A stretch of DNA of 63,436 nucleotides, filler included, from Octopus bimaculoides (taxonomy: Eukaryota): assembly GCF_001194135.2 (NCBI RefSeq). It is 5 parts of 4 records of this genome, joined end to end, with 100 filler letters (N's around TTAATTAATTAA, not from the genome) between each part and the next. Parts side by side here need not be neighbours in the genome. Positions count along the whole stretch, not along the records: positions 61,701 to 63,436 come from NW_026433839.1; 4 more parts are not named here. One strand, given 5' to 3'. Both the position numbers and the translations under genes were made by a program. This document shows, in pieces, positions 61,701 to 63,436 of the stretch. The first letter of the stretch is position 1. Each line of letters opens with the position of its first letter. The notes under the pieces were generated by a model, which did not search any database, had not been told where the DNA came from, and was given only the letters and a program-made list of their open reading frames with translations.

Positions 61701-63436
61701 CCAGTATTCAACTGGTACCTATTTTATTAACGCCCAAAGGATGAAAGGCAAAGTCGATCTTGGCGAAATTTGAACTCAGAACGTAGTGACAGGTGAAATG
61801 CCGCTAAACGTTTTGCCCAGTGTGCCAATGATTCTGTCAGCTTGCCACCTAATAATAATAATACTAAAAGGGCTTTGTGTACATGTTAAAAATCATTATT
61901 AATTCTTTGCCATAATTTGCAGTTGCTTACTAGTTGTTTTGCAATTATTATATTTTTTTATCACCATTGCAAAGTAATAAAATATTCAGGTAGAAAACAG
62001 GTAAGAACTTCTGGCTACATATGTAATGTGATGAAAAATGAAGTTTTTATTGCAAATAAATCGTGTATGTTTGATAGGTATTCTCAAGATAGTTCATTGC
62101 TTATAGCAAGCAGTAAACTTTTTCTGTTAACTTGACTGTTGAGGTGTCAGAAAACTTAAGAGGATGATGAAAGTGCTGAGAAATTATGACTTTAAACTTA
62201 CTGGATATTCCCCTCCCCCCCACTCTTCTACATTTCCCTCTCATCATGTTCATCATCATCACCGTTATCTATATATTAAGAGGCATGTGTCAGAATTGTT
62301 ATGCTTATAAATGTAAAGATTAAAGACCTACATTAGTTTGAAAGAAATGAGTCATGTATGATCAAGACGCTGTTAGGCTTACAAACACAGACATGTATAG
62401 TAAGTAGTCAATATGGAAGAAACTGTACTTGGCATAACTGTAATAGGGTGACAAGTTGCCTGTTAGTTGGAGATGTTCTTGTTAGCTTTAGGTCAGCCTT
62501 GATTTATTTCTTTATTGCCCACAGGGAACTAAACATAGAGGGGACAAACAANNNNNNNNNNNNNNNNNNNNNNNNNNNNNNNNNNNNNNNNNNNNNNNNN
62601 NNNNNNNNNNNNNNNNNNNNNNNNNNNNNNNNNNNNNNNNNNNNNNNNNNNNNNNNNNNNNNNNNNNNGAACTCAGAACGTAGTGGCAGACGAAATACTG
62701 CTAAGCATTTCACCCAGCACGCTGACGATTCTGCCAGCTTGCCGAGCAGACCTATCATAATCAGACTTTCCAGCTATAACCATTTTTGCCTTTTCTTCTT
62801 CAGTAACTATACAAAAGACCACACCATCTATGTTCTCTTTTTAACATAGCAGGGTGTGATTTGTGTGAGATGTAGCTGCTGTTTCTAGCAGCTTGAGTGA
62901 ACATGCAAAGTCTCCTCCATAAGATACGCCAAAGAGAGAATTGATCTAAAGAAAGAGGTTTATCTTTATCTTTAACTTGATTTAGCCATTGGACTGCATC
63001 CATGATGGAGGCATCGCTTTGAAGAAGGGTTCAGTTGAATGGGNNNNNNNNNNNNNNNNNNNNNNNNNNNNNNNNNNNNNNNNNNNNNNNNNNNNNNNNN
63101 NNNNNNNNNNNNNNNNNNNNNNNNNNNNNNNNNNNNNNNNNNNNNNNNNNNNNNNNNNNNNNNNNNNNNNNNNNNNNNNNNNNNNNNNNNNNNNNNNNNN
63201 NNNNNNNNNNNNNNNNNNNNNNNNNNNNNNNNNNNNNNNNNNNNNNNNNNNNNNNNAGTACTGATTTTTTTTTTTTGTCCTTGAAGTCTGGTAACTTAGT
63301 CTATGGGTCTGTCTCATTTGCTGAACTGCCAAGTTACTGGGATGTAAACAAATTAACAACCGTTGTCAAGTGGTGGTAGTGAGACACACATACACACTCA
63401 TAAAAAGACACATATAGACATGTATAGACCTGTGTG

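Noticed and set aside
61900-62860. Next STK36 exon after 60442
   Set aside because: Candidate acceptors at 61922, 61990, 62079 and 62803 give stops in the required phase, and the region lies beyond a scaffold join

Overview
AT-rich, microsatellite- and SINE-dense eukaryotic DNA. The repeat families and intron sizes point to an octopus (coleoid cephalopod) draft assembly; this is an inference. Four artificial N44-TTAATTAATTAA-N44 spacers cut the window into five independently joined segments, so adjacency across them is unproven. Segment 1 (1-27805) holds 15 GT-AG coding exons of a cullin-1 gene on the minus strand (1752 nt, 584 codons, frame continuous, neddylation motif intact). Its N-terminal exons and last exon are not visible. 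Segment 4 (42591-61600) holds four in-frame plus-strand exons of an STK36/Fused-type gene from the post-kinase region; no kinase exons are visible. The rest is mobile DNA: several modular tRNA-derived SINE families, RTE LINE fragments, a decayed full-length mariner, TTAA and hAT MITEs, three long fold-back elements, a 91-bp mini-Helitron and R4/Dong-like fragments at (TAA)n. The most notable candidate novelty is a short non-autonomous element that fuses a tRNA-like Pol III head to a Penelope-type minimal hammerhead ribozyme tail. It occurs as a head-to-head inverted, TSD-flanked insertion at 24399-24893 in a CUL1 intron and again at about 44855-45070. Two other degenerate hammerhead families are also present. 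No true tRNA/rRNA genes or CRISPR arrays were found.
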